Positions 29,920 to 38,729 of a DNA stretch of 64,000 nt are shown here, in pieces. Under the pieces are notes generated by a model, which was not told the DNA's origin, ran no database searches, and saw nothing but the letters and a program-made list of their open reading frames with translations. This DNA comes from Candidatus Nitrospinota bacterium M3_3B_026 (GTDB lineage: Bacteria; Nitrospinota_A; UBA7883; JBPRGF01), in assembly GCA_051418015.1 (NCBI GenBank), contig JBPRGF010000002.1, positions 313 through 64,312 of the forward strand, given 5' to 3'. The position numbers and the translations under genes are program-made. Numbering within the stretch: position 1 is the first letter of the stretch; the number at the start of each line of letters is the position of its first letter.

Positions 29920-30042
29920 CGCGCCCATGGCCGGGCCGGGAAAATGTTTGCGCTTATCCAAAAGTTCTTTTAACGTATACGCCGTGCCCGATGATTGAGC
30001 GTATGCCTGTTGAATATTGTTTTTTAACCTGAAAATCAAACG

Positions 30043-32463
30043 TTGCATATGTCTTTCCTTTCCGATCTTGAAGAGAGGATACTGATCCTCGACGGCTCCA
30101 TGGGGGCGCTGTTGCAGAGCCGCGGCCTGCCGCCCGGCCATGCGCCGGACCTTTGGAACATCGAGAACCCTTCGAGGGTGAAAGAGGCCCACCGCCAGTA
30201 CGCCGAAGCGGGGGCGGACATCATCATCACGAACACCTTCGGCGCCTCCCGCCTGCGTCTTTCCGAGTACGGCGCGGAGGGCAAGCTGAGACAGATCAAC
30301 CACGCCGCCGTCAGGATCGCCCGGGAGGCGGCGCCGGGCCGGTATATCGCAGGCAACGTCGGCCCCCTGGGGGGGATCATGGCCCCGGCGGGGGACATCT
30401 CCTTCGATGACGGCGTCGCCATCTTCCGGGAGCAGATAGAGGCGTTGCTCGACGCTGGGGTGGACCTTATCGCCGTGGAGACGCTGTTCGACCTGATGGA
30501 GGCCCGCGCCGCCGCCATCGCCGCCAACGAGGTCCGCGGCCGCGTCCCCCTGCTCGTCTCGATGACATACAACGCCGACGGGATCACCGACACCGGCACC
30601 GACCCCGTCACCGCCTCGGCCGTCCTGGAGAGCCTGGGGGTGGACATCATCGGCGTGAACTGCTCCACCGGCCCGGAGCCGATGACCGCCACGGTGGAGA
30701 GGCTCGCCGCCGCCACGTCCCTGCCCGTCTCAGTGGAGCCGAACGCGGGCCTGCCGGTGAACCGCGGCGGGGTGACGGTCTTCGAGATGCCGATGGAGAA
30801 GCTGGCCTCCTACGCTAAACCCTTCGCCGAGGCCGGGGCGAACATCGTCGGCGGCTGCTGCGGCTCCACGCCGGACTATATAAGCATGATCGCCTCCAGC
30901 CTGAATGGCCTCAGGCCCAGGAAGAGAGACAACCCGAAGATATTCTCCTTCACCAGCAGGATGATGACCCTCCAGGCGGGCGACGGGCTGCCCTTCGTGA
31001 AGATCGGGGAGAAGATAAACCCCACCGGCCGGAAAAAGTTCGCCGAGTCCATCAAGGATGGGAAGATGGACATGGCGCTGGCCGACGCGCGAGGACAGCT
31101 CGACGCGGGCGCGATGGCGCTGGACGTGAACGTGGGCGTGCCCCTGATCGACGAGGCGGCGATGATGGAGAAGGCCGTGACGGCCATCCAGAACGTGGCG
31201 CCCCTGCCGCTTGTCATAGACAGCTCGAGCGCGGAGGCCATCGAGGCGGGGCTGAAGGTCTACCCCGGCAAGGCGCTGGTCAACTCCATCAACGGCGAGG
31301 AAGAGAAGCTGGAGGCTATCACACCCATCATCAAAAAACACGGCGCGTCGGTCATCGCCCTGCTGGCCGGGGATGAGATACCGGAGAAGGCGGCGGACAG
31401 GCTGAAGATCGCCGAGAAGATACTCAGATACCTGGAGGATCACGGTGTGCCGCCGGAGAGGGTGATGTTCGACTGCCTGGCCCTGGTGGTATCCGCCATG
31501 CAAGAGGGCTCGCGGCAGACGCTGGAGACGATCCGGGAGGTCAAGCGCCAGTTCGGCTGTCCAACGATAGCGGGGGTGTCCAACGTCTCCTTCGGCCTGC
31601 CGGAGAGAAAGACGATAAACAACGCCTTCCTGGCCATGGCCATGGGCGCCGGGCTGGACGCGGCGATAGTGAACCCCTACGACGAACAGATGAACAGGAC
31701 AGCCGCCGCCGCCTCGCTCTTTAGCGGCAGGGACCCCGGATGCCGGGCCTACATGGAGACGATTGAGGAGGCCGAAGGCACACCGGAAAAAAAAGAGAAG
31801 GCGGGGCCGAAGACACCAAGGGAAAAGGTCTACGACGCCGTTCTGGAGGGCGACAGGGACTCCATAGAGGATCTGACCAGGGAGGCCCTGGAAGCGGGGG
31901 AGGACGCCATGGCCCTTTTCGTGGATGTCATGACCCCCGCCATCCGCCGCCTGGGCGATCTTTTCGGCCAGCGCAAGAAGTTCATACCCCATCTCGTCGC
32001 CGCCGCGGAGGCCATGAAAAAGGGCGTGGCGGTGCTGGATCCCATCCTGAAGAAAGGCGGCGGAGCGAAGGAGAAAGGGGTTATCGTCTTCGCCACGGTG
32101 AAAGGGGACATCCACGACATCGGCAAAAACGTCTGCTCCATCATGCTGTCGAACTTCGGCTACAGGGTGGTGGACCTCGGCAAGAACGTCCCGGCGGAGG
32201 ACATCCTGAAAGCAGCTGATGACAACGGCGCGCATATCATCGCGCTGTCGGCGCTCATGACGACCACCATGACGCAGATGAAGATAATCGTGGACGAGGT
32301 GAAGCGGAACGGCCTGCCGTACAAGGTGATGGTCGGCGGCGCGGTGGTCACGAAATCCTTCGCCGACGAGATCGGCGCGGACGCCTACGGCAAAGACGTC
32401 GGGGAAGTGACACCCGTGGCGGACTCGCTGATGAAGAAACTCGCCGGGGAGCGCCGGGCGTGA
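30043..32463 (+). CDS. metH: Cobalamin-dependent methionine synthase core (Hcy, folate and B12 modules)
   Basis: 'GGCCGSTP' (Zn-binding Cys), a pterin-binding region, and the B12 motif 'GDIHDIGKN' plus 'SALMTTT'. At 806 aa there is no reactivation domain. Confidence 0.94.
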   Translation: MHMSFLSDLEERILILDGSMGALLQSRGLPPGHAPDLWNIENPSRVKEAHRQYAEAGADIIITNTFGASRLRLSEYGAEGKLRQINHAAVRIAREAAPGRYIAGNVGPLGGIMAPAGDISFDDGVAIFREQIEALLDAGVDLIAVETLFDLMEARAAAIAANEVRGRVPLLVSMTYNADGITDTGTDPVTASAVLESLGVDIIGVNCSTGPEPMTATVERLAAATSLPVSVEPNAGLPVNRGGVTVFEMPMEKLASYAKPFAEAGANIVGGCCGSTPDYISMIASSLNGLRPRKRDNPKIFSFTSRMMTLQAGDGLPFVKIGEKINPTGRKKFAESIKDGKMDMALADARGQLDAGAMALDVNVGVPLIDEAAMMEKAVTAIQNVAPLPLVIDSSSAEAIEAGLKVYPGKALVNSINGEEEKLEAITPIIKKHGASVIALLAGDEIPEKAADRLKIAEKILRYLEDHGVPPERVMFDCLALVVSAMQEGSRQTLETIREVKRQFGCPTIAGVSNVSFGLPERKTINNAFLAMAMGAGLDAAIVNPYDEQMNRTAAAASLFSGRDPGCRAYMETIEEAEGTPEKKEKAGPKTPREKVYDAVLEGDRDSIEDLTREALEAGEDAMALFVDVMTPAIRRLGDLFGQRKKFIPHLVAAAEAMKKGVAVLDPILKKGGGAKEKGVIVFATVKGDIHDIGKNVCSIMLSNFGYRVVDLGKNVPAEDILKAADDNGAHIIALSALMTTTMTQMKIIVDEVKRNGLPYKVMVGGAVVTKSFADEIGADAYGKDVGEVTPVADSLMKKLAGERRA

Positions 32464-33026
32464 GCCGCTCCCTGCCCCTCCTCGGCCTCGCGCTGTCGGC
32501 GCTTCTCGCCGCGGCCTGCGCCAAGCCGATCGCATACAGGTACTGGAACGTCTATTCCATGGTCGAGCCGGTAACCGCGAGCGACAAGACCTACCGGGAC
32601 GAGAACATCGCCGTCAGGTTCTGGATAGACGAGAAAAAGATACACCTGTGGCTTGAGAACCTCACCGGCGAGCCCATGGTCATAGACTGGGCTGGCGGAG
32701 AGTTCGTCAACGTGGACGGGGTGGAGTACTCCATAGCGAATATCGACTCCATCTTCACCGGCGGCAGGGGCGGCCCCGCCCCCACCACCATCCCGCCCGG
32801 CGGAAAGATCGCCGATCTGGTGGCCCCTGTGGCCAACGTGGAAAAGCTCGAGGAGTGGACATGGTACGTCTACCCGTTGTTCAACCTCGTAGACAAGTCC
32901 GCCTACGACAACAAAGGGAAAATCTTCGGCCTGAACCTCCCCATCAGGGCAAAAGGGGAGTGGAAGACCTACTCCTTCAGGTTCGAGGTGACGAACGTCG
33001 TACCCATAGTGAGACGGGCGGGCTGA
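32460..33026 (+). CDS. Hypothetical lipoprotein
   Basis: GTG start overlapping the metH stop (GTGA); lipobox 'LLAAAC'. No family recognised. Confidence 0.6.
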   Translation: MSRSLPLLGLALSALLAAACAKPIAYRYWNVYSMVEPVTASDKTYRDENIAVRFWIDEKKIHLWLENLTGEPMVIDWAGGEFVNVDGVEYSIANIDSIFTGGRGGPAPTTIPPGGKIADLVAPVANVEKLEEWTWYVYPLFNLVDKSAYDNKGKIFGLNLPIRAKGEWKTYSFRFEVTNVVPIVRRAG

Positions 33027-33042
33027 CGGAGACGGGGACGGC

Positions 33043-33735
33043 ATGAGAGCGCTTGTCCTTCAGCATGTCCCCTTCGAGGACGCGGCCGATATCGGCGCAT
33101 GGCTTGCCGCGATGAGGGCGCGGATCAAGACCGTCCGCCTGTACGAAGGCGCGCCTCTGCCCGGCCCTGACCAGTTCGACCTGCTGGTCGTCATGGGCGG
33201 GCCGATGAGCGTCAACGACGAAAAGATATACCCGTGGCTCGCGGACGAGAAAAGGCTGATCGAAAAGTCATTGCGCGCCGGGAAAAAGATACTCGGCGTC
33301 TGCCTTGGCGCGCAGCTGCTGGCAAGCGCGCTGGGGGCGAGGGTGTACAAGAACAGGGAGAAGGAGATAGGCTGGTTCCCCGTCGAGCTTGCGCCTCAGG
33401 CCGCCGGGTCGGCGCTTTTTGCGGGGGTACCGGAGCGGTTCATGGCTTTCCACTGGCACGGGGAGACCTTCGACATCCCGTCCGGCGCGGCGTGGCTCGC
33501 CAGGTCCGCCGCCTGCGAGCGGCAGGCTTTTGAATATGGCGGCGCGGCGCTGGGGCTGCAGTTTCACCTGGAGTCGACGCGGGGAAGCGTGGAGAAGCTT
33601 GTCAAAAATCTCTCTTCCGATATCACACCGGGAAAATACGTTCAGGATGCCCGGACGATGCTGGAGGCGCGGGAGAATTTCGAAAGCGCCGCGAAGACGC
33701 TTGATGTGATCCTGTCCAACCTCGTCTCGCCCTGA
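33043..33735 (+). CDS. Class I glutamine amidotransferase-like protein
   Basis: 'ILGVCLGAQLLA' nucleophile elbow, 'FHWHGETF'. Confidence 0.85.
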   Translation: MRALVLQHVPFEDAADIGAWLAAMRARIKTVRLYEGAPLPGPDQFDLLVVMGGPMSVNDEKIYPWLADEKRLIEKSLRAGKKILGVCLGAQLLASALGARVYKNREKEIGWFPVELAPQAAGSALFAGVPERFMAFHWHGETFDIPSGAAWLARSAACERQAFEYGGAALGLQFHLESTRGSVEKLVKNLSSDITPGKYVQDARTMLEARENFESAAKTLDVILSNLVSP

Positions 33736-33752
33736 CGGCGCCAGCGCGGCGG

Positions 33753-34361
33753 TCAGACGGAGATGTTGACGGTGCCGCCGATCTCCTGTTCGGCGATCGG
33801 CCTGTTCCGGGCCTGGGCGGCGGCCTGCTCTTCCTGGACCCTTCTCTCCCCCTCGCCGGGCGGCGGGCCTTCCTCCTCCACGGGCGCCGGGGCGGGCGGC
33901 TCGGCTTCTTCCAGGGCTTGTTCCGTCCGGCGGGTCACGGCTTCCCTCATCTCTTCCTCGCCAAGCGCCGGTGGACCCGGCCTGGTCTGTGGGGGCTCCG
34001 TTTCGGCCTCTCGGGCCGCCGCTTCCACCGGATGGACGGGCGCCTGCTCCTCCCGCCTCTGGGGAGCGGGACGGGCTCTTTCCGGGGTCTCGGCCCTCTC
34101 GGGCCGCGGCTCAGGAGCCCGAGGGGCGGCCTGCTCGGGCTCGGGCTGGGCGGCCTGACGGTCCGGCGCTTCCACTGGGGGACGGTTGCGGATGTCCGTT
34201 ATCACCGCCTCGTCCTGCGTCCGCTCGACGGCGCGCGCGGCGGTGTTATTCCCGGCGCGCGGCTCGCCCCCTCCCCCGGCGCGGCCTGCTTCGTGGCCGG
34301 CGTAAGGGTTTGCCGGGCGTTGCGGCTCTCCCGCGTTGTTTATCCCTGGTGTTATCGCCAT
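33753..34361 (-). CDS. Pro/Glu/Ala-rich low-complexity protein, function unknown
   Basis: Third codon positions are mostly G/C in this frame, and the overlapping plus-strand ORFs are Arg/Gly junk. No motif recognised. Confidence 0.5.
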   Translation of the reverse strand: MAITPGINNAGEPQRPANPYAGHEAGRAGGGGEPRAGNNTAARAVERTQDEAVITDIRNRPPVEAPDRQAAQPEPEQAAPRAPEPRPERAETPERARPAPQRREEQAPVHPVEAAAREAETEPPQTRPGPPALGEEEMREAVTRRTEQALEEAEPPAPAPVEEEGPPPGEGERRVQEEQAAAQARNRPIAEQEIGGTVNISV

Positions 34362-34839
34362 GACAGCTTGCCTTATAACTCTCCCGCTAATTACAAATCT
34401 ATTACCGCCGGGCCTTGAAAGTCAAGGACTAATGTCCACTCCGCCGCCAGGGCGAGGCTGTGGAAAAATTACGAGGACTAAAAAGGCGGCCATGTCGGGG
34501 CCGACCTCTCCGTATTACGCAACTGCATGACTATCAACAAGATAAACTTTAATGCTGTCACTGTTCGTTACTTTTCCCGTAACAGCGGTTCACGAGGCTG
34601 ACAATTTTGGTTTTTTTGGTCGTAACGGCTCCGGGAAATATGTTCTTTTAATACAAGGAAATACGTCCAAAAAGGATGTTCCGCCCCGCGGCTTTGACAA
34701 TTATCGTCACGCAATGGCCGTATCTGAGTACACAAACGTTTACACTCCGCGGTCATGGTTTGGTGGGCCTTGGGGACTTGCCATCCCAACGTTTTGAATT
34801 TTCGAGGCGTATTTATTTATCCGGCCAGCGCGCCGCAAA

Positions 34840-34855
34840 CGGCACAGTCATTGTA
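34840..34855 (+). promoter_or_regulatory. Candidate sigma-54 (-24/-12) promoter for the pilin gene
   Basis: 'cGGCACagtcaTTGTa' compared with TGGCAC-N5-TTGCW. The -24 GG is present, but the -12 GC is replaced by GT. About 65 nt upstream of the pilin start. Confidence 0.3.
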
Positions 34856-34917
34856 TCGTTCAGGGGCAAAGGGTCATAGCGGATCGAAGTATCGATCTTT
34901 AACTCTCAAGGAGGTCA

Positions 34918-35301
34918 ATGATTATGTTGAGATCCATGAAGAACAGGGAAGGTTTTACACTGGTCGAGTTGCTGATCGTCGTGGCGATTATCGGCATCCT
35001 GGCCGCCATCGCGATCCCGCAGTTCGCGGCTTATCGTGAAAAGGCCTACTGCTCGTCCATCGAGTCCGACCTGGCGAACTTCGCCATTGCTGAAGAGGCG
35101 TACTACACAGACCACGACATTTACGCCAGCGCCACAGTCGATCTCACCGGCTTCAGCAGCACCTCTGGAGTCGCACTGACGATCAACACGGCCACCACCG
35201 ACAGCTTCACGGCCACGGCCACGCACGCCAACTGTGACCAGGATGACGACGGCTCTGCCGACGTGTACACTTGGGATTCCACTGCTGGCGGGCTGCAGTA
35301 A
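34918..35301 (+). CDS. pilA: Type IV pilin (prepilin N-terminal cleavage/methylation domain)
   Basis: 'GFTLVELLIVVAIIGILAAIAIPQF'. AAGGAGG RBS at 34908-34914, and the ATG at 34924 has the better spacing. The C-terminal half is Ser/Thr-rich. Confidence 0.9.
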   Translation: MIMLRSMKNREGFTLVELLIVVAIIGILAAIAIPQFAAYREKAYCSSIESDLANFAIAEEAYYTDHDIYASATVDLTGFSSTSGVALTINTATTDSFTATATHANCDQDDDGSADVYTWDSTAGGLQ

Positions 35302-35333
35302 TCCCCGTTTGAGCATCCCAACGCGGTTTTAAA

Positions 35334-35367
35334 GCATGGCGCTCTTCGGAGCGCCATGCTTTTTTTT
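35334..35367 (+). terminator. Rho-independent terminator after pilA
   Basis: The perfect 11-bp stem 'gcatggcgctc ttcg gagcgccatgc' is followed by T8. Confidence 0.85.
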
Positions 35368-35450
35368 ATTCCTTTCGTTATATATGATGAGGTTTTTCTC
35401 CGGAACTCTGCGCTCCGGGCCGCCGGGCGCGATTTCCTGACACTCTGAGC

Positions 35451-37259
35451 ATGGGACACGAGAAAAAGACCGAAAACTCCCGCGCCGCGTTTCGCCGCGT
35501 CCTGCCCGCGGCGGCGCTTTTCGCCGTCGTGCTCGCCGGATACAGCGGCACATTTCATCACCCCTTCCAGTTCGACGACAACCCGGCGATAGAATCCAAC
35601 GAGTCCATACGCGACCTGTCCGGCATAAAGCGGATCTGGGACTTCAACCCGGCGAGGTTTCTGACCTTTTTGAGCCTGGCGGTGAACTATCACCTTGGCG
35701 GGCTGGACGTGTTCGGCTATCACGTTTTCAACGTCGCCGTCCATTTCCTGGCGTCGCTTTGCGTTTACTGGCTTGTCCTCCTGCTCATCTCGACAAAGGC
35801 CGGGGCGGAGAGCCTCGGCGGCGCAAAGGAGCTCGGCGGCCTGTTCGCCCTTTTCGTGGCCGTCGTGTTCGCGGCGCACCCTCTGCAGACAGAGGCCGTG
35901 ACGTATATATGGCAGAGGAACACCTCGATGATGGCGCTTTTCTACATTCTTTCCCTCGCGCTCTACCTGAAGGGGGCCATGGCCCCGGGCTTTTCGCGGC
36001 GGCCTCTCGCCGGGGCTTTCATTTTCGCCGTGGCGGCGATGTTCACGAAACAGAACGCCGTGACGCTGCCGATAGCGATATTGATGATCGAGTTTTTTTT
36101 CATTAGCGAAAGCTTCGCCAGGATGAAAGAGCGCGTGGCGGCTTTCGCCCCCTTCGTTCCCACGATACTGATAATCCCCATATTGACGGCTCTTGACATG
36201 AGCCAGGAGACGGGGCACATCGGGGGAAGGTATGAGAATATCCTCACCCCTTACGAGTATCTGCTGACGCAGTTCAACGTCATAGTCAAAGTCTACCTGA
36301 AGTTGCTCGTCTATCCCGTGGGGCAGGTCCTGGACTACGATTTTCCCCCGGCAAGGTCTTTCGCCGACTCGGCGGGGTCTTTCGCGTTTCTCATCCTCAT
36401 CGCGGCTTCAGCCGCCTGGCTCTACAGCAGGAACAGGCTGGCCTCTTTCGGGATATTCTTTTTCTTTCTCACGCTGTCGGTGGAGTCCTCCTTTTTCCCT
36501 TTGGAGGACCTCGTTTTCGAGCACAGGATGTACCTGCCGTCGGCCGGCCTTTTTCTGGCGGTGTCCGCGCTCCTGTTCCAGGCGGCGGGCAGGCTGAACC
36601 CCGCCGCGGCGGGGCGGGCGCTCGGTGTTTTGCTTGTTATCCTCGCCGTGGCGCTGACAGCTGGCGCCAGGAGCCGCAACGAAGTCTGGGCGGGCGAAAG
36701 GGCGATGTGGCTGGACGTTATCGAGAAATCTCCCGGCAAAGACCGTGGTTACAAGAGTCTTGCATGGATGGATTACAAGCGCGGCGACATGGAGGGCGCC
36801 AAAAAATGGTTCGAGGAAGCGCTCAAGGTGAACCCAACGTCAGAATCTTCATTGCTGATACTGGCGAAAATCCACCTGGACGAGGGCAACCTGGCGGCGG
36901 GCAGGGAGCGCCTTGAAAGACTGCTTGAGGTTGACCCGTCCAATGTCAAAGGCCGTTACGCCCTGGGCAACCTGTACATGGAGAAGGAGGATTACGTCCA
37001 GGCGGCGAACCAGTACCGCATCGCCCTGGAAATTGAAGAATACCGGAACCCGGAGGGGCTTATGGCCCTGGGCACGGCGCTTTTCAACATGGGGCTGGTG
37101 GACCAGTCCATCACGGCGTACAAGAGAATCCTGAAGCTCAACCCGCGCCACGAGACAGCCCTGAACAACCTCTCGGTTCTTTACAACATCAAGGGCGACA
37201 AGGAAAAATCAGAGCTTTACGCGAAAAAGAGGGACGAGGCGAAGGCTTCGCGGCCATAA
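35451..37259 (+). CDS. Polytopic membrane protein with C-terminal TPR repeats (GT-C / TMTC-like glycosyltransferase architecture)
   Basis: About 400 aa of hydrophobic TM segments, an early loop motif 'HHPFQFDDNP', then roughly 190 aa of TPR ('YALGNLYMEKEDYVQAANQYRIALEI...'). Confidence 0.72.
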   Translation: MGHEKKTENSRAAFRRVLPAAALFAVVLAGYSGTFHHPFQFDDNPAIESNESIRDLSGIKRIWDFNPARFLTFLSLAVNYHLGGLDVFGYHVFNVAVHFLASLCVYWLVLLLISTKAGAESLGGAKELGGLFALFVAVVFAAHPLQTEAVTYIWQRNTSMMALFYILSLALYLKGAMAPGFSRRPLAGAFIFAVAAMFTKQNAVTLPIAILMIEFFFISESFARMKERVAAFAPFVPTILIIPILTALDMSQETGHIGGRYENILTPYEYLLTQFNVIVKVYLKLLVYPVGQVLDYDFPPARSFADSAGSFAFLILIAASAAWLYSRNRLASFGIFFFFLTLSVESSFFPLEDLVFEHRMYLPSAGLFLAVSALLFQAAGRLNPAAAGRALGVLLVILAVALTAGARSRNEVWAGERAMWLDVIEKSPGKDRGYKSLAWMDYKRGDMEGAKKWFEEALKVNPTSESSLLILAKIHLDEGNLAAGRERLERLLEVDPSNVKGRYALGNLYMEKEDYVQAANQYRIALEIEEYRNPEGLMALGTALFNMGLVDQSITAYKRILKLNPRHETALNNLSVLYNIKGDKEKSELYAKKRDEAKASRP

Positions 37260-37264
37260 GAAAA

Positions 37265-37297
37265 GGGAGGCCCTTTCCCCGTGAAAAAGGGCCTCCC
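37265..37297. terminator. Bidirectional hairpin between convergent genes
   Basis: 'gggaggcccttt ccccgtgaa aaagggcctccc'. Confidence 0.6.
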
Positions 37298-37323
37298 GGC
37301 AAGGTCCAGCGTGTTTTTTTACG

Positions 37324-37815
37324 CTAGAACCTGTTTCCGCAGACTCCTCCCCTGCACGCTCCGTCGTAGCTCGCGTGGCAGTCGGCGCAGGTTTGCGGGT
37401 TCAAGGGATGCCCCGGCTCCTTCGAGGCTACGGACGATCCGTCCTCGATCTTGACCACGTCGTAGATCGGCTTGCCGTTCTTGTGATCGGTGGTGAAGGC
37501 GACGCCGATTTTCTTGAAAACCAGGACGCCCGTCTTTCCGTCGGGATACTTCTTGCCGCGGATGTTGTACATCTTCATCTTCTTCGGGTTGATGTACGAC
37601 TTGTACGAGCCAGGCTTCAAGCCGCAGTACAAGTCCACGGTGGCCTGCAGGATATCGTCGCCCCCAAGCGGCAGGACGTTGACCCCGCAATCGGGCATGG
37701 GCCCTTGCGCCCTCCCCTCTTCCCAGCCATTCCAGTAGTTTCCGGCGGCGGCGGAGCCGGCGAAGATCAGAAAAGATACGGCCAGGGCCGCGGCTGCGAG
37801 CAGAGCTTTTCTCAT
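37324..37815 (-). CDS. Periplasmic mono-haem c-type cytochrome (possibly cytochrome P460-like)
   Basis: Signal peptide 'FLIFAGSAAA' and a single C-terminal CxxCH ('CADCH'). The family call is tentative. Confidence 0.6.
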   Translation of the reverse strand: MRKALLAAAALAVSFLIFAGSAAAGNYWNGWEEGRAQGPMPDCGVNVLPLGGDDILQATVDLYCGLKPGSYKSYINPKKMKMYNIRGKKYPDGKTGVLVFKKIGVAFTTDHKNGKPIYDVVKIEDGSSVASKEPGHPLNPQTCADCHASYDGACRGGVCGNRF

Positions 37816-38012
37816 AATTCCCCCCCAAACAGTTCGTTAACAGTTCCGCAACCTTAGCAAATCGAACCATACGGGAGGTATGACCTTTGTCACATTCCGC
37901 CGGACGATTCGCGGACGGCGCCTGAAAAAAAACCCGCTTTTTTCGCCGGGGAACATGGGGCGAAAGGCGGCTTTCGTCAAAGCGTTGTTTTTGATATAAT
38001 TAACGTGACCGC

Positions 38013-38594
38013 ATGGATCGGCGGTCCGGCAATCAACCCTGGGGCGTCAAGTTGAACAGCGTGGACGAGCGAAAAGGCGAGGGGCAGACCCCTGTCGTGT
38101 ACATCTACACCACAGCCACGCTCCACCTGAAATGCCCCTCCTGCGGCGCCGAGTCCACCGTCGCGCTGAAAAAGCCGCTCACCCAGTCCGCCAAGGTGAC
38201 CTGCAACAGGTGCCGGACGCTCTTCATCGTCCAGCCCACGGAAAGAGAGCAATATAGAAAGCCGCTGGACACCTACGCCGACATGGATAGAAAACCCATC
38301 GGCGAGCCGAAAAAACGGTCCGTCATCGAGGTGAAGGCAACCGACATAAGCCGCGGGGGGATGGGGATCATAATCCCCCGGAACGGCATGAGCGGCCACA
38401 GCTTCGAGGTGGAAGAGATGGTCCACCTGCGCTTCGCCCTCCCGAAGAAAAGCAAGGAGGTGACGGTAAACGTCAAGGCCGTTATCCGGAACCTGATCCC
38501 CATCGGCGGGTCCGGCGCGAGCAAGGCCGGGCTGGAGTTTTCCGACCTGGACGAGCACGCCACGAAGGAGATAGGTTTTTTCCTCTGGAACTGA
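38013..38594 (+). CDS. Zinc-ribbon plus PilZ domain protein (c-di-GMP receptor candidate)
   Basis: 'CPSCGAE...CNRC' zinc ribbon. PilZ motifs are 'REQYR' (RxxxR) and 'DISRGGMG' (DxSxxG). Confidence 0.8.
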   Translation: MDRRSGNQPWGVKLNSVDERKGEGQTPVVYIYTTATLHLKCPSCGAESTVALKKPLTQSAKVTCNRCRTLFIVQPTEREQYRKPLDTYADMDRKPIGEPKKRSVIEVKATDISRGGMGIIIPRNGMSGHSFEVEEMVHLRFALPKKSKEVTVNVKAVIRNLIPIGGSGASKAGLEFSDLDEHATKEIGFFLWN

Positions 38595-38729
38595 AAAGCG
38601 CGGGCGCTTTTCGTGTGTTTGGTTATCGCCCGGCGTATGGTATAAAATCAACAGCGGCTGAAACAACCTGTTTAATATCGTGGACCGCGGCCCTCGCGCC
38701 GCCATCGACCCGAGGGGGGACAAGGACTT

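Noticed and set aside
29920-30042. Possible cobalamin or SAM riboswitch in the 123-nt AT-richer spacer before metH, and in the 102 nt before 29281.
   Set aside because: Both spacers are too short, and I saw no B12-box-like or SAM-I-like conserved core. Only a weak imperfect hairpin is present.
30730-32535. 601-aa minus-strand ORF covering most of metH.
   Set aside because: It is an antisense shadow ORF (Arg/His/Gly-rich, no motifs), and metH on the plus strand is unambiguous. The same applies to 29212-30303, 19772-21061, 21625-22908, 22980-24164, 35121-36218 and 37977-39143.
34552-34879. Small ORFs (81, 73 and 67 aa) in the AT-rich region upstream of pilA.
   Set aside because: They overlap one another in different frames, lack RBSs and show no coding-type codon bias. 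The region is better explained as a regulatory spacer.
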